Assembly (NCBI GenBank): GCA_963783305.1
Contig: CAWAMW010000007.1
Span: 544,001 to 608,000 of the forward strand
Source: an uncultured Gemmatimonadales bacterium
GTDB lineage: Bacteria; Gemmatimonadota; Gemmatimonadetes; Longimicrobiales; RSA9
Length of the DNA: 64,000 nucleotides
Reading direction: 5' to 3'
The translations under genes were made by a program, and so were the position numbers. The notes beneath the pieces were generated by a model. It ran no database searches and was not told the DNA's origin. It was given only the letters and a program-made list of their open reading frames with translations. Shown here in pieces: positions 51,301 to 59,650 of the stretch. Within the stretch, counting starts at the first letter, position 1; every line of letters begins with the position of its first letter.

Positions 51301-52332
51301 CACCCGCAGGTCCACCGTCTCGAGAACCGGGCGCGTCCCGCCGATCACCGCCCGGACCGACCCGGTAGCGGAGCTCCCCGGGGCGCGGAGATCGAGATCG
51401 GAAAGCGCCAGCATGGTCCGCTCGCCAGGGCGCGTCTCCACCCGCAGCTGGAAGCTGCCGGACGCCCCTTCAGGGACGGTCCCCGGCAGCCACGGGAGGT
51501 CGGCGACCCGAGCGTCCAGGGCGGTCATGCTCATGTTCAGCCCATAGCCGCCGAGGCCCGGGTCCCAGACACCCCGGAGGCCGGCCAGCCGGGAGCTGCC
51601 GAACGTGCCACGATCCACCTCGAAGTCCACCGCACCGTCTACCACCCGGACGCGCGCATCCGCCACCGTCACCTGGCGGGACACGGTTCCCTCGGCGGTA
51701 TCGGGGAGGATGAGCTCCGTCTGCGCCGTTCGTATCTGGAAGGTCGGGGCGTCCAGGCCGGGTCCCGTCAGGCGTGCAGACGCCAGGCCGACATCGAGGG
51801 ACCGCAGCTCGTAGCTGGCCTCCAGCAGGTCCAGCATCACCTGTCCGCCCCGCACGCGGAAGTCCCGCATCCGCACGGCCAGCCGATCACCGCTGGCCCC
51901 GCCCTCTTCTTCCTCGAAGAACGGCGCCAGCGGTCGGTCGTAGTTCCACTGCTCGGGCCCGGTCTGCACCAGCCGTAGGCGCGGCTGCTCGGCCACACCC
52001 TCCGAGAGCAGGATGCCCCCATCCGGGGCCGCATTCAGCTGGACCGTCATCACGACCCTCGGCGCCGCGAAGAATGGCCGCCCGCTGGGATCCATCCAGC
52101 GAACCCGGGTCGCCGTCACCCGCAGCCGGCGCGCAGGTCGCAGCTGGACCGGAGCCAGCGCCTCCCGCACCGCAGCTTCGACCGCCGCGGGCTCATACTC
52201 GCCCAGCAGCGCCCGCGCGTCGCCATCACCCGTACCGAAGAAGAGAGCCAGCAGGACCGCGGTGGCCGCCACGAAGACCGCAGCGGCGATCACGCCGGTC
52301 GGGAGTCCGGTGGAGCGCGAGTTCTCGGCCAT
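48259..52332 (-). CDS. tamB: TamB / AsmA-like translocation and assembly module protein
   Basis: N-terminal TM anchor, long beta-rich body, C-terminal DUF490-like P.LDI.A...V.GT..NP....LS.LLFG. Downstream of an Omp85 gene. Confidence 0.85.
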   Translation of the reverse strand: MAENSRSTGLPTGVIAAAVFVAATAVLLALFFGTGDGDARALLGEYEPAAVEAAVREALAPVQLRPARRLRVTATRVRWMDPSGRPFFAAPRVVMTVQLNAAPDGGILLSEGVAEQPRLRLVQTGPEQWNYDRPLAPFFEEEEGGASGDRLAVRMRDFRVRGGQVMLDLLEASYELRSLDVGLASARLTGPGLDAPTFQIRTAQTELILPDTAEGTVSRQVTVADARVRVVDGAVDFEVDRGTFGSSRLAGLRGVWDPGLGGYGLNMSMTALDARVADLPWLPGTVPEGASGSFQLRVETRPGERTMLALSDLDLRAPGSSATGSVRAVIGGTRPVLETVDLRVDPLSLDLVEAFTGPLPYGGTVTGTISGTGDDIRLDLRGRLTTPSVPEPFVTDLTGRIALTEEGFSLQEAAVSFDQTPLLALRALAPGLPFAGPITGSVRFTGAPGTTPLDLDVRLEAGGGILSIEGRVDPTGAVPSYDLTGRLTGVRLQSVIEAPVPPAEVHAAFTLEGRGFDPATARATLAANGNFTGWESEPEDTLALLMEVAGGVVDVEELRVHLGPVQLAAAGRWDFVDGSGTVAYDALVSELGPLGPFLPAGPTGQPQFARGSLRLTGTAGGTLATPQLEGTVAARGFRWGEWAAESLEGEYAVTLSDGLPRLDLELASDELRTPFGGFDSFQANLDLGRPNFALVVRADQQGERGLLELTADGIIDETGRREVFLRSLELDLRQERWRLPEPARVAWTVGDSVRIDGVELRQVDGAGRILANGVVAPLDDMDLAVDVAGLPIGDVLELVGIEMALDGELSLTGRVAGPVDAPTVDLALGLGDGSFRGVAIRSLEGKVLYEGERLVVDGVGLLGDSARIQLSGTLPARLRLAGDTLFALADDGAVDLKVTTHTFPLATLDPGLTLVENLEGRIEADVQISGTPSAPRLSGSASLIQGSVTIPLLDRRFENIRGQIVLSGREAVFQDFIVESDGFARITGALDFQELTDPALDLTAELQEFRVQGLDDERPAGLWGEVRLGGRASQPVVTGSVRVDDGAVSLAPLQQPELSARLTAPDLDLVDQGFDLDLNSPAEEAGIRISNLTVIAGNELWFVTEEARLRLSGTLTVDRFGSSMPIQGTLRGEAGTFQLAVGVINRQFRIVSAEIRFFGSPEPNPRLDIVASRLVRVPDGADVDVRVSVGGTLQNPSLGLGTATGAEIPDSELLSFLLFGRPTSDLGQVASSEGATGVLGQGLAYTGLAEVLASQINEQIGLLDYLVVDYVPGGGTFATAGFEITDNWVLSAEFLVGMEAGDLSAVALEYQAGIGTLRFGWEPVQSLDRLVGTRTMSYLRADIIRQAVVAWRRRWTY

Positions 52333-52334
52333 AC

Positions 52335-54476
52335 TCAGAACGCCTGCCCCACGGCGATGTGGAGCGTGAAGCGGTCGATGTTCCATCGGCTCGGCTCCGC
52401 CGGCTGGAACGAGTCCGCCACCCGGATGAGGTCGCCCGTGGCTGCGTCCACCTCCAGCAGCGCGGCGCTCGGCGGGGGATACGGATTGTAGCCGATATCG
52501 ATCCGGGCGGGGCCCACGGGTGTCTGGATCCGCAGACCCGCGCCGGGAGTGACCCGCCATTGCGATGAGGCGTCCCAGAGGGGGGCCAGACCCACGGTGC
52601 CGGCATCCACGAACGCGGCGAGCCGCACCAGGTCGCGCAGGAAAGGCGACGGCAAGCGGGCCTCGGCGCTCAGGACCGCCACCGACGTGCCGCCGGTGGG
52701 GAAGAAGTCCACCGTGAGCGAATCCTCCATCAGGTACAGCCCCGGCCCGAGCGTCGACCGGTCGAAGCCGCGCACACTGGATGCGCCGCCGGCGAAGAAA
52801 CGCTCTTCCGGCGGGATGAAGTCGTTGGGCCCGAGCGTCGCCCGTGTCAGGAAGGTTCCCACCCGCGCGAATCCGGCTACCACCCAGCCTTTGCCGACCG
52901 AGTGGTACATGGCGCCCTCGCCGCTCAGTCGGAGGAAGTCGTAATCGGAGGCGAGGAGGGCGGTGCTCCAGGATGTGCTGGAGCGCAGGATGTAGCCCGA
53001 AGTGGGGTTCACCGTGCTGTTCGACCGATCGCGTATCCAGCTGGCCGATAGACCGTTACGCCAGCGGCCACCGGTGAACTGCGCGATGTCCCCGGCAGTG
53101 CAGGCGCGGAGCTCGAAGCAGTAGAGTACGGGGCGGCCCACGGTCGTCCGGTGCTCCCCCTCGATCGCCCCCGTCAGGAACTCGCCGGGCCCGAACCAAT
53201 GCGTCACGGCCACCCGCCCTCCGGTAGCGGTGCGCTGGAAGAGGTCGGGCTCCGATTGGCGCTCGGAGAACGCCGTCGCGATGACCTGGTTTCGGGGTGA
53301 AAGGAAGTACGGCTGGGTGAAATCGACGCCCACCCGATAGTCCACGTTGGTCGCGATCTCGCGATCGGCGCCTCGGGAGCAGAGCGATCCCTGCAGTCCG
53401 GAAACGGGGTCGCCGAGCCCGATCCTGCTCACGGCGCCGCGGACGGTGACCTGGCGACCCCCGCCGAGCACGCTTCGGTCCGTCCACTGCCCATGCCCCC
53501 CGAAGCAGTCCACGCTGCCGAAGCTCACGCCTGCCTCCACCACGTATTCCGCCGCCTCCGAGATGGACACCCGCACCGTGGCGGTGGTGCTGTCCTCGGG
53601 TGTCAACTGGACCGAATCGGCTGCCACGGCCACGGCCGCGAACCGAACCAGGTTCAGCTCATAGAGATTTCTCTGGCTCAGCCGCAGGTCGCTCAACCTC
53701 AGCAGGTCGTTCTCCTCAAAGACCATCTGCCGCAGGACGTCCGTCCGCCCCAGCTCCTGCAGCCCGCTCACAATGATCGAGTCCACCACGACACGAGGAC
53801 CCGGCACCGCAATCAGCCAGACCGTGGCCCGGTCCTGGATCGTGTCCACCGCATAGTTCCGCAGTACCTCCGCGTATGCATGCCCACGACGCCGCAGCGC
53901 CTCCGTCACGGTGTCCGCCGACGCCAGGAACTCGTTCAGGTCGAATAGATTTCCTGCCTGAAGCGGTAGCACCGCCTCCAGAGAGTCGGGGTCCGCGATC
54001 CCCTCGGTGCCCTCCACCACCACGGAGTCCATGACGATCCCATCCCCACGTTCCACCACGAACCGGAACCGCACCGCATCGCCCTCGGGCATATCCTCGA
54101 TCTCCGGGACGACCCGCGTCCCGAAATAGCCGTTCTGACGGTAGAGCGCCGCCAGCCGCGCCAGGTCCGAGCCCACCTGCCGCATATCTACCCGACCCGT
54201 CCGCCGACCCCAGTCCGTGCCGGGGAAGCAGAAGGGCAGGAATCCAAGGAGTGAGCAGCCCGTCTCGCGGGTTTCCGTGAGCGCGTCGAGGGAATCGTCG
54301 GTGAACGGCGCCGGGTCGACGAACGTGAGCTCTGCGATCTCACGTCCCTGGTACTCCTCCACCTGCGGATACAGCTCGGCGACCCGCGGCTGGGCGCACG
54401 CCGCCATACCCGCCACGGCGGCGATCGCGAGCAGCGCCCACCGCCGTACGCGTGTCGCGTTGATCGGTCGCTCCAT
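52335..54476 (-). CDS. tamA: TamA-like Omp85 family outer membrane protein
   Basis: Lipobox-like MAAC, POTRA-like repeats, RFFAGG..SVRGF, TPVGP.R.D, terminal GQAF. Confidence 0.85.
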   Translation of the reverse strand: MERPINATRVRRWALLAIAAVAGMAACAQPRVAELYPQVEEYQGREIAELTFVDPAPFTDDSLDALTETRETGCSLLGFLPFCFPGTDWGRRTGRVDMRQVGSDLARLAALYRQNGYFGTRVVPEIEDMPEGDAVRFRFVVERGDGIVMDSVVVEGTEGIADPDSLEAVLPLQAGNLFDLNEFLASADTVTEALRRRGHAYAEVLRNYAVDTIQDRATVWLIAVPGPRVVVDSIIVSGLQELGRTDVLRQMVFEENDLLRLSDLRLSQRNLYELNLVRFAAVAVAADSVQLTPEDSTTATVRVSISEAAEYVVEAGVSFGSVDCFGGHGQWTDRSVLGGGRQVTVRGAVSRIGLGDPVSGLQGSLCSRGADREIATNVDYRVGVDFTQPYFLSPRNQVIATAFSERQSEPDLFQRTATGGRVAVTHWFGPGEFLTGAIEGEHRTTVGRPVLYCFELRACTAGDIAQFTGGRWRNGLSASWIRDRSNSTVNPTSGYILRSSTSWSTALLASDYDFLRLSGEGAMYHSVGKGWVVAGFARVGTFLTRATLGPNDFIPPEERFFAGGASSVRGFDRSTLGPGLYLMEDSLTVDFFPTGGTSVAVLSAEARLPSPFLRDLVRLAAFVDAGTVGLAPLWDASSQWRVTPGAGLRIQTPVGPARIDIGYNPYPPPSAALLEVDAATGDLIRVADSFQPAEPSRWNIDRFTLHIAVGQAF

Positions 54477-54517
54477 CAGACCCCGTTCATCATTCAAATT
54501 GACACAGCTCGCGAGCT

Positions 54518-54533
54518 TGCAATCCGTACGCCA
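54518..54533 (-). promoter_or_regulatory. Putative sigma54 promoter of tamAB
   Basis: Minus strand reads TGGC-GTACGGA-TTGCA, about 40 bp upstream of the tamA ATG. Confidence 0.65.
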
Positions 54534-54625
54534 TTCCCCGCCAGAGGTGCGGTCGCTGGTACCGATCTTGCCCCAGCCGACCCCGTCCACTTCCAAAGCA
54601 GAAGACCGGGACCAGAGCCGATATC

Positions 54626-56530
54626 GTGACCCTTCGCACCCTCCCACTGCCGCGCTTGACCACACCGGCCCTGACCCTCGCCATCCTCCTGCTCGGAGGA
54701 TGCGGAGATCCCGCCGCAGAGCCACGCTCCGAGCCGGGATCCCGTTCTTTCGGCACGCCGGAACCGACCTTCCCTACCGTCTCCGACACCCTTCTCGCCG
54801 CGGGCGCCGACACCGAGTGGCCCACCCACGGCGGAGATCTGATGAACCACCGATTCTCGCCGCTTCAGCAGGTTGATGCCGCCTCCATCTCCGAGCTCGT
54901 GCCCGTCTGGATACACTCCACGGGGATCGAGGGAGCGCTTGAAACTACACCGATCGTGGTGGGGAACACCATGTATGTCACCACCGCCGGTGGCCGGGTT
55001 CTCGCCCTGAACGCCGCGACGGGCGAAGAGCTATGGCGTTTCGAGCCGGAGATCGCCGCGGCCACCCTCTGTTGCGGCCCTACGAACGATGGCGTAGCTG
55101 TTTATGGCGACATGGTTTACGTCGCATCACTTGACGCAAAGCTTTATGCGCTCAACGCCCGCACAGGACAACCGGCGTGGCAGGCGACGCTCGCCGACCC
55201 CGCCCAGGGCTACAGCGCCACCATGGCGCCACTGGCGGTGCAGGGGAGGGTGTACGTGGGCGTCGGCGGCGAGCGGTATGGGATCCGCGGTTTTCTCGCG
55301 GCGTTCAATGCGCGCTCCGGTGAGGAGCTCTGGCGTTGGCATACGATCCCGTCGCCCGAGCAGGGGGGCTGGTGGGGGGAGTGGAGCGAGACCGACCCGT
55401 TCGGCACGCCGCTCAATCGCGATATGGGGGCCGAGCTCGCCGACAGTTCGGCGTGGCCCGGAAGCTGGGGAGTGGGAGGCGGTGGCATTGCGACCAACCC
55501 CGCCTACGACGCGGCTTCCAACCGGATCTACATCAACGTTGAAGGTCCGGCACCCCTCATCGCGGGCGGCGCTCGCCCGGGGGACAACCTGTATACCGGG
55601 AGCATCGTCGCGCTCGATGCCGCCACCGGGGAGAAGGTCTGGCACGCGCAGTACCTGCCGCACGACACCTGGGGGCTGGCAGGAGGGAGCCCCCCATTCC
55701 TGTTCGACCGCGGGGGGGAGCGCTACGTGGGCTTCGCAGGCCGAACCGGCTGGGTCTACGTGTTCGCGGCGGACACCGGGGACCCCGTGCTTCGGTCCGA
55801 CAACTTCGTGCCGCAGGAGTCCCTCTTTGCGCCTCCCACCGAGGAGGGTGCCGTGCGCGTGGCGCCGGGCGCCAATGGTGGCAATCCGGGCACAGGCGTC
55901 GCGTACGATCCCACCTCGGGAGTCGTCTTCGTCGGGGGTGTGCACCAGCCCATGGTGTACACACGCGGAGCCGACGGCTATCAGCCAGGGCGGCTCTGGC
56001 TGGGGGGAGAGCTGAGATATCCGCCCGATGATCCGCAGTGGGGCACGATCTCGGCCATCGACCTGGCCGATGGCCGGATCCGCTGGCAGAGGCGCACCCC
56101 CGCGCCCGCTCATTCGGCCGTCCTGACCACGGCCGGCGGCCTGGTCTTCGTAGGGCAGGGGAACGGGACGTTCGACGCCTTCGACGCGAGCAGTGGCCAG
56201 CTGCTCTGGCAGTTCGAGATGGGCGCAGGCGTCCACGGCGGTCCCATCACATATCGCGTCGGTGATGTGCAGTACGTCGTCGCCACGGCGGGCGGCAGCT
56301 TTCACTTCGACACCGCACCCGGAGACGAGATCGTCGCCTTCGCACTCGCATCCAGGAGACCGCAGAGAGGCGTAACCGACTACGGGACGCCAGAATACGA
56401 TCGTAACGGCCCCACCTCGGGCGGCCAGAGCGGGGTCCGGCAGCTGGCGCCAGAACCCTCCAGCGGAACCCCCGCTTCCGTCGCCGACACCACCTCCCGC
56501 GGCGTTGACGCCGGAGAGCCCCCGCGGTAA
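54626..56530 (+). CDS. PQQ-dependent alcohol dehydrogenase-like beta-propeller lipoprotein
   Basis: LGGC lipobox, W..HGG....RFSPL.Q, A..A.TG...W repeats, vicinal CC, GDNLY. Confidence 0.85.
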   Translation: MTLRTLPLPRLTTPALTLAILLLGGCGDPAAEPRSEPGSRSFGTPEPTFPTVSDTLLAAGADTEWPTHGGDLMNHRFSPLQQVDAASISELVPVWIHSTGIEGALETTPIVVGNTMYVTTAGGRVLALNAATGEELWRFEPEIAAATLCCGPTNDGVAVYGDMVYVASLDAKLYALNARTGQPAWQATLADPAQGYSATMAPLAVQGRVYVGVGGERYGIRGFLAAFNARSGEELWRWHTIPSPEQGGWWGEWSETDPFGTPLNRDMGAELADSSAWPGSWGVGGGGIATNPAYDAASNRIYINVEGPAPLIAGGARPGDNLYTGSIVALDAATGEKVWHAQYLPHDTWGLAGGSPPFLFDRGGERYVGFAGRTGWVYVFAADTGDPVLRSDNFVPQESLFAPPTEEGAVRVAPGANGGNPGTGVAYDPTSGVVFVGGVHQPMVYTRGADGYQPGRLWLGGELRYPPDDPQWGTISAIDLADGRIRWQRRTPAPAHSAVLTTAGGLVFVGQGNGTFDAFDASSGQLLWQFEMGAGVHGGPITYRVGDVQYVVATAGGSFHFDTAPGDEIVAFALASRRPQRGVTDYGTPEYDRNGPTSGGQSGVRQLAPEPSSGTPASVADTTSRGVDAGEPPR

Positions 56531-56599
56531 CTTCCCGCCCTCGTTGCAGGTTGCCGGCCCCCCAGGGGCACGGCCCGTCTTTCGTTCAGCTCAACATCC

Positions 56600-57355
56600 A
56601 TGGCAAAACACCCGACTTCCTCTCGCGTGCACCGGGAGGAAAAAGCCCCGGATGACGCCTTCGTGGCCACCATCAAGCGCGGCTATACCTGGGGACGCGA
56701 GAACCGCCGCATCCTAGCGGTGGTCCTGGCTATCCTGCTCGTCGCCGCGATCGGCACATTCTGGTTCGTGTCGCAGCAGCGGCAGCTGGAATCCCAGGCC
56801 GCCGCCCGGCTCAACGAGGTCCAGCAGAGCGTCGCCAGTGGCAATCCGCAGCTCGCCATTCGCGACCTCCAGTCCTACCTCGATCGATTCGGCAGCACCA
56901 AGACCGCCGACCAGGCCCGCCTCGTGCTCGCCAGCATCCTCATCGAGCAGGAGCAGATCCAGGAGGCCATTGCCGCCCTCGGCGATCTCCCGGACGACCT
57001 GGACACACCCTTCGGACTCGCCGCGGCACGCCTCAAGGCGGCCGCCTACGAGGAGGGCGGGGACACCGACCAGGCCGTAAGCACCCACCTCCGAATAGCG
57101 GACAGCGCACGCTTCCCGTACGAGCGCCGTGAAGCCCTCTCCGATGCGGCACGCCTGCGCATGCAGAACGGCGAGCCCGGACGCGCGGCGGACCTCTACC
57201 AGCGCGTCGTATCCATGTTCGACGAGGACGCACCGGAACGCGGGTACTACGAGGTCTGGCTCGCGGAGGCCCAGGCCGCCGCCGAAGAGGGCGCGCCCGC
57301 TCCCACCCGGCCCGCAGATACCGCCGCTACCGCCCCAGAAACTCCCGCCAACTGA
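56600..57355 (+). CDS. YfgM-like TM plus TPR protein
   Basis: D.F......W..EN, one TM helix, TPR-like helices. Confidence 0.75.
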   Translation: MAKHPTSSRVHREEKAPDDAFVATIKRGYTWGRENRRILAVVLAILLVAAIGTFWFVSQQRQLESQAAARLNEVQQSVASGNPQLAIRDLQSYLDRFGSTKTADQARLVLASILIEQEQIQEAIAALGDLPDDLDTPFGLAAARLKAAAYEEGGDTDQAVSTHLRIADSARFPYERREALSDAARLRMQNGEPGRAADLYQRVVSMFDEDAPERGYYEVWLAEAQAAAEEGAPAPTRPADTAATAPETPAN

Positions 57356-57409
57356 ACCGGCGACGGTGAGACCTGCGCCCAACCAGGCGCTCATCGGTTT
57401 CGGAGCTCG

Positions 57410-57448
57410 AAAAGAGCCGACCACCCAGCGTGGTCGGCTCTTTTCTTT
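57410..57448. terminator. Bidirectional intrinsic terminator
   Basis: AAAAGAGCCGACCA-loop-TGGTCGGCTCTTTTCTTT between convergent genes. Confidence 0.85.
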
Positions 57449-57461
57449 ACGTACGTCCGGT

Positions 57462-57493
57462 GGGCAGGGGTCCCGGCAGGGGTCCGGGCAGGG
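57462..57493 (+). repeat. Three 12-bp-period repeats containing KOPS-like GGGCAGGG
   Basis: GGGCAGGG (57462), CGGCAGGG (57474), GGGCAGGG (57486). Confidence 0.7.
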
Positions 57494-57551
57494 CTGTGGG
57501 CGGCGATCCGGCATACGATCCGCTCGAGGCCCCGATCCTGTCCCGAACACC

Positions 57552-57579
57552 ACTTCGCATAATAAACATTATGTAAACC
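57552..57579 (+). other. dif-like XerC/XerD recombination site
   Basis: ACTTCGCATAA-TAAACA-TTATGTAAACC, 11-6-11 layout resembling known dif sites. AT-rich, intergenic. Confidence 0.85.
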
Positions 57580-57615
57580 TGCGGGAGAACTGGCCCCAGT
57601 TACAGGCCGTCGGAA

Positions 57616-58242
57616 CTACGCTCCAGCCCCCCGCTCTACGCCGGCCAGTCCCGCCAGGCGCCTCATCAGCACTTCACGGGTCGCGTCGAGGGCGTCCTCC
57701 CGATCGGAGCGGCGATCGAGCTTCGGAAAGCGGATGGGCTCACCGACCCGAATGCGCACCGCACCGCGTCGGGGTCGGCTCCAGCGCGGCCAGACTTCGT
57801 AGGCGCCGCCGATTCCACACGGCACCACGGGCACGCCGGCTTTGAGGATGAGGCGGACGGTTCCGAGTCGCGGCGGCTGGAGCCGCCCATCCCAGCTACG
57901 CTCCCCTTCGATGTAGATCCCCACGCCATGGCCGTCCTGGAGGTGCCGCAGCGCGATGCGCACCGCCTGGGGGTCGACCTCGAAGCGGCGGACGGGAAAC
58001 GACTTGAGGCGCTTCAGGAGCGGTCCCGTGATCGGGTTCGAGAACTCCGTGCTCTTGGCCATGGTGTACATGGGCCGGCGCACGACCGCCTGAATGAGGA
58101 TGGGATCGAGGTAGCTCTGGTGGTTCGCGATCAGGAGGAACGGCCCACTACCGGGGATGTGCTCCAGCCCTTCCACGTGGAGGGATCCCACCACGGGCCA
58201 GAACGTACGCACGAAGCGCTGGGCGAAGCGATAGAAGCTCAT
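57616..58242 (-). CDS. plsC: Lysophospholipid acyltransferase (PlsC family)
   Basis: NHQSYLD (HX4D), FPV.R, YIEG.RS, VPVVP. Confidence 0.88.
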   Translation of the reverse strand: MSFYRFAQRFVRTFWPVVGSLHVEGLEHIPGSGPFLLIANHQSYLDPILIQAVVRRPMYTMAKSTEFSNPITGPLLKRLKSFPVRRFEVDPQAVRIALRHLQDGHGVGIYIEGERSWDGRLQPPRLGTVRLILKAGVPVVPCGIGGAYEVWPRWSRPRRGAVRIRVGEPIRFPKLDRRSDREDALDATREVLMRRLAGLAGVERGAGA

Positions 58243-58838
58243 CGCGCGACGATCCGGGGCTGGAACTCCTGGATCTCTCCCCTGCCCGTCCGCCCGTAGA
58301 AATCCCGAAGCGCGGCCCGAAGGACCCGTTCCCAGAGATAGAGGGCGTCGTCGCGGAAACGGAAGGAGGTGAGGGGTGCGTCGCGTCGCTTCAGCTGCAG
58401 GCTCCTGGAGCTCGTCTGGACGGCCGTGAGCGTCTCCAGAGGCCAATCCTCCGAGCCCGGGCGGTCCCCCCCTTCCCTCTCGACGATCAAGCGATCGGCG
58501 GTGAGGCGCAGCGAGCCCGGCACGGGGTCTCCGAGGACCTCGACGCGGTTGAGGTAACCGGCGTCCCCGGTCACGACGTCATCGCGTACGACTTCGCGGA
58601 TCTCCGCCCTGGCGGCGCGGATGGGGTCGGAGGCGAGGAGCGACGCGGGGTCGGGCAGGCGCGCCAGCCATTCGGCTGCGGAGCCCACCTGTTCGGTTCC
58701 GTTGGGCTGGTGCGCAACGATGGTGGCGTGGGCGCCGCGTCGGAAAGCGGTGCCGCACTTCCTGCACGAGTCCCCTTCCAGGAGCGCTCGGTCCTCGCCG
58801 CAGAGGGGGCAGGCCCAGAGGAGGTTGGAGAGGGGCAT
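58239..58838 (-). CDS. Hypothetical Zn-ribbon protein coupled to plsC
   Basis: LWACPLC...CRKCG, beta-rich PH-like C-terminal half, ATGA overlap with plsC. Confidence 0.7.
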   Translation of the reverse strand: MPLSNLLWACPLCGEDRALLEGDSCRKCGTAFRRGAHATIVAHQPNGTEQVGSAAEWLARLPDPASLLASDPIRAARAEIREVVRDDVVTGDAGYLNRVEVLGDPVPGSLRLTADRLIVEREGGDRPGSEDWPLETLTAVQTSSRSLQLKRRDAPLTSFRFRDDALYLWERVLRAALRDFYGRTGRGEIQEFQPRIVAR

Positions 58839-58842
58839 GGCG

Positions 58843-59574
58843 CTAGAGCCGGCCCACGAGGTCCGTGAACCGCAGTGTCCAGACGCGCCAGACGGCTTCG
58901 AAGATGATCCGGTTGGACATCTTGGACTCGCCCAGGTCCCGGTCCGCGAACACGATGGGGATTTCGCCGAGCGAGAATCCTTTCCGCCACGCGCGGAGGC
59001 TCATCTCGATCTGGAAGGAGTAGCCTTCGGACCCGACGCGCTCCAGATCGATCCCCTCCAACGCCTTGCGGCGGAAGCACTTGAACCCGCTCGTCGCATC
59101 CGACACTGGAAGTCGGGTGATGACGCGGGCGTACTGGTTGGCGAACCACGACAGCAGCAGCCGGCTCATGGGCCAGTTGATGACGGTGACGCGCCCGTGG
59201 AGGTAGCGGGATCCCAGGACGACATCGTAGTCCCGGAGCGCATCCAGGAACTCCGGCAGGTGCGAAGGATCGTGGGAGAAGTCGGCGTCCATCTCGAACA
59301 CGGCGTCATAGCCGTGGGCGAGAGCCCAGCGAAACCCCTCGATGTAGGCGGTGCCGAGCCCGAGCTTCCCCTCGCGGTGCAGGACGTGGAGGCGGGGCTC
59401 GTCCGCGGCGATGCGGTCGGCGGTCTCGCCGGTGCCGTCGGGCGAGGCATCGTCGATGATGAGCACATCGAGGCGCTCATCCTGGCCGAGGATGAGGGGC
59501 ACGAGACGGGGCAGATTCTCCCGCTCGTTGTAGGTGGGAACGACCACCAGCGCCCGCTCCAGCTTGTACGCCAT
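58843..59574 (-). CDS. Polyprenol-phosphate mannose synthase-like GT2
   Basis: VPTYNEREN, DDASPDGT, K.GLG.AY, MDADFSH, GSRY, D.TSGF, GY.FQIE, GESKM. Confidence 0.92.
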   Translation of the reverse strand: MAYKLERALVVVPTYNERENLPRLVPLILGQDERLDVLIIDDASPDGTGETADRIAADEPRLHVLHREGKLGLGTAYIEGFRWALAHGYDAVFEMDADFSHDPSHLPEFLDALRDYDVVLGSRYLHGRVTVINWPMSRLLLSWFANQYARVITRLPVSDATSGFKCFRRKALEGIDLERVGSEGYSFQIEMSLRAWRKGFSLGEIPIVFADRDLGESKMSNRIIFEAVWRVWTLRFTDLVGRL

Positions 59575-59650
59575 TCATCCTTGAAGTTGGGTGCACCGCC
59601 CACTAGGTTGCGGCGTCCCCGAAAGTACCCCCTCGCCGAGCCCCCTTCAA

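Noticed and set aside
57552..57579. Palindrome as a transcription factor operator or integron att site
   Set aside because: It lies between convergent 3' ends, has no integrase or cassettes nearby, and fits the dif 11-6-11 layout better.
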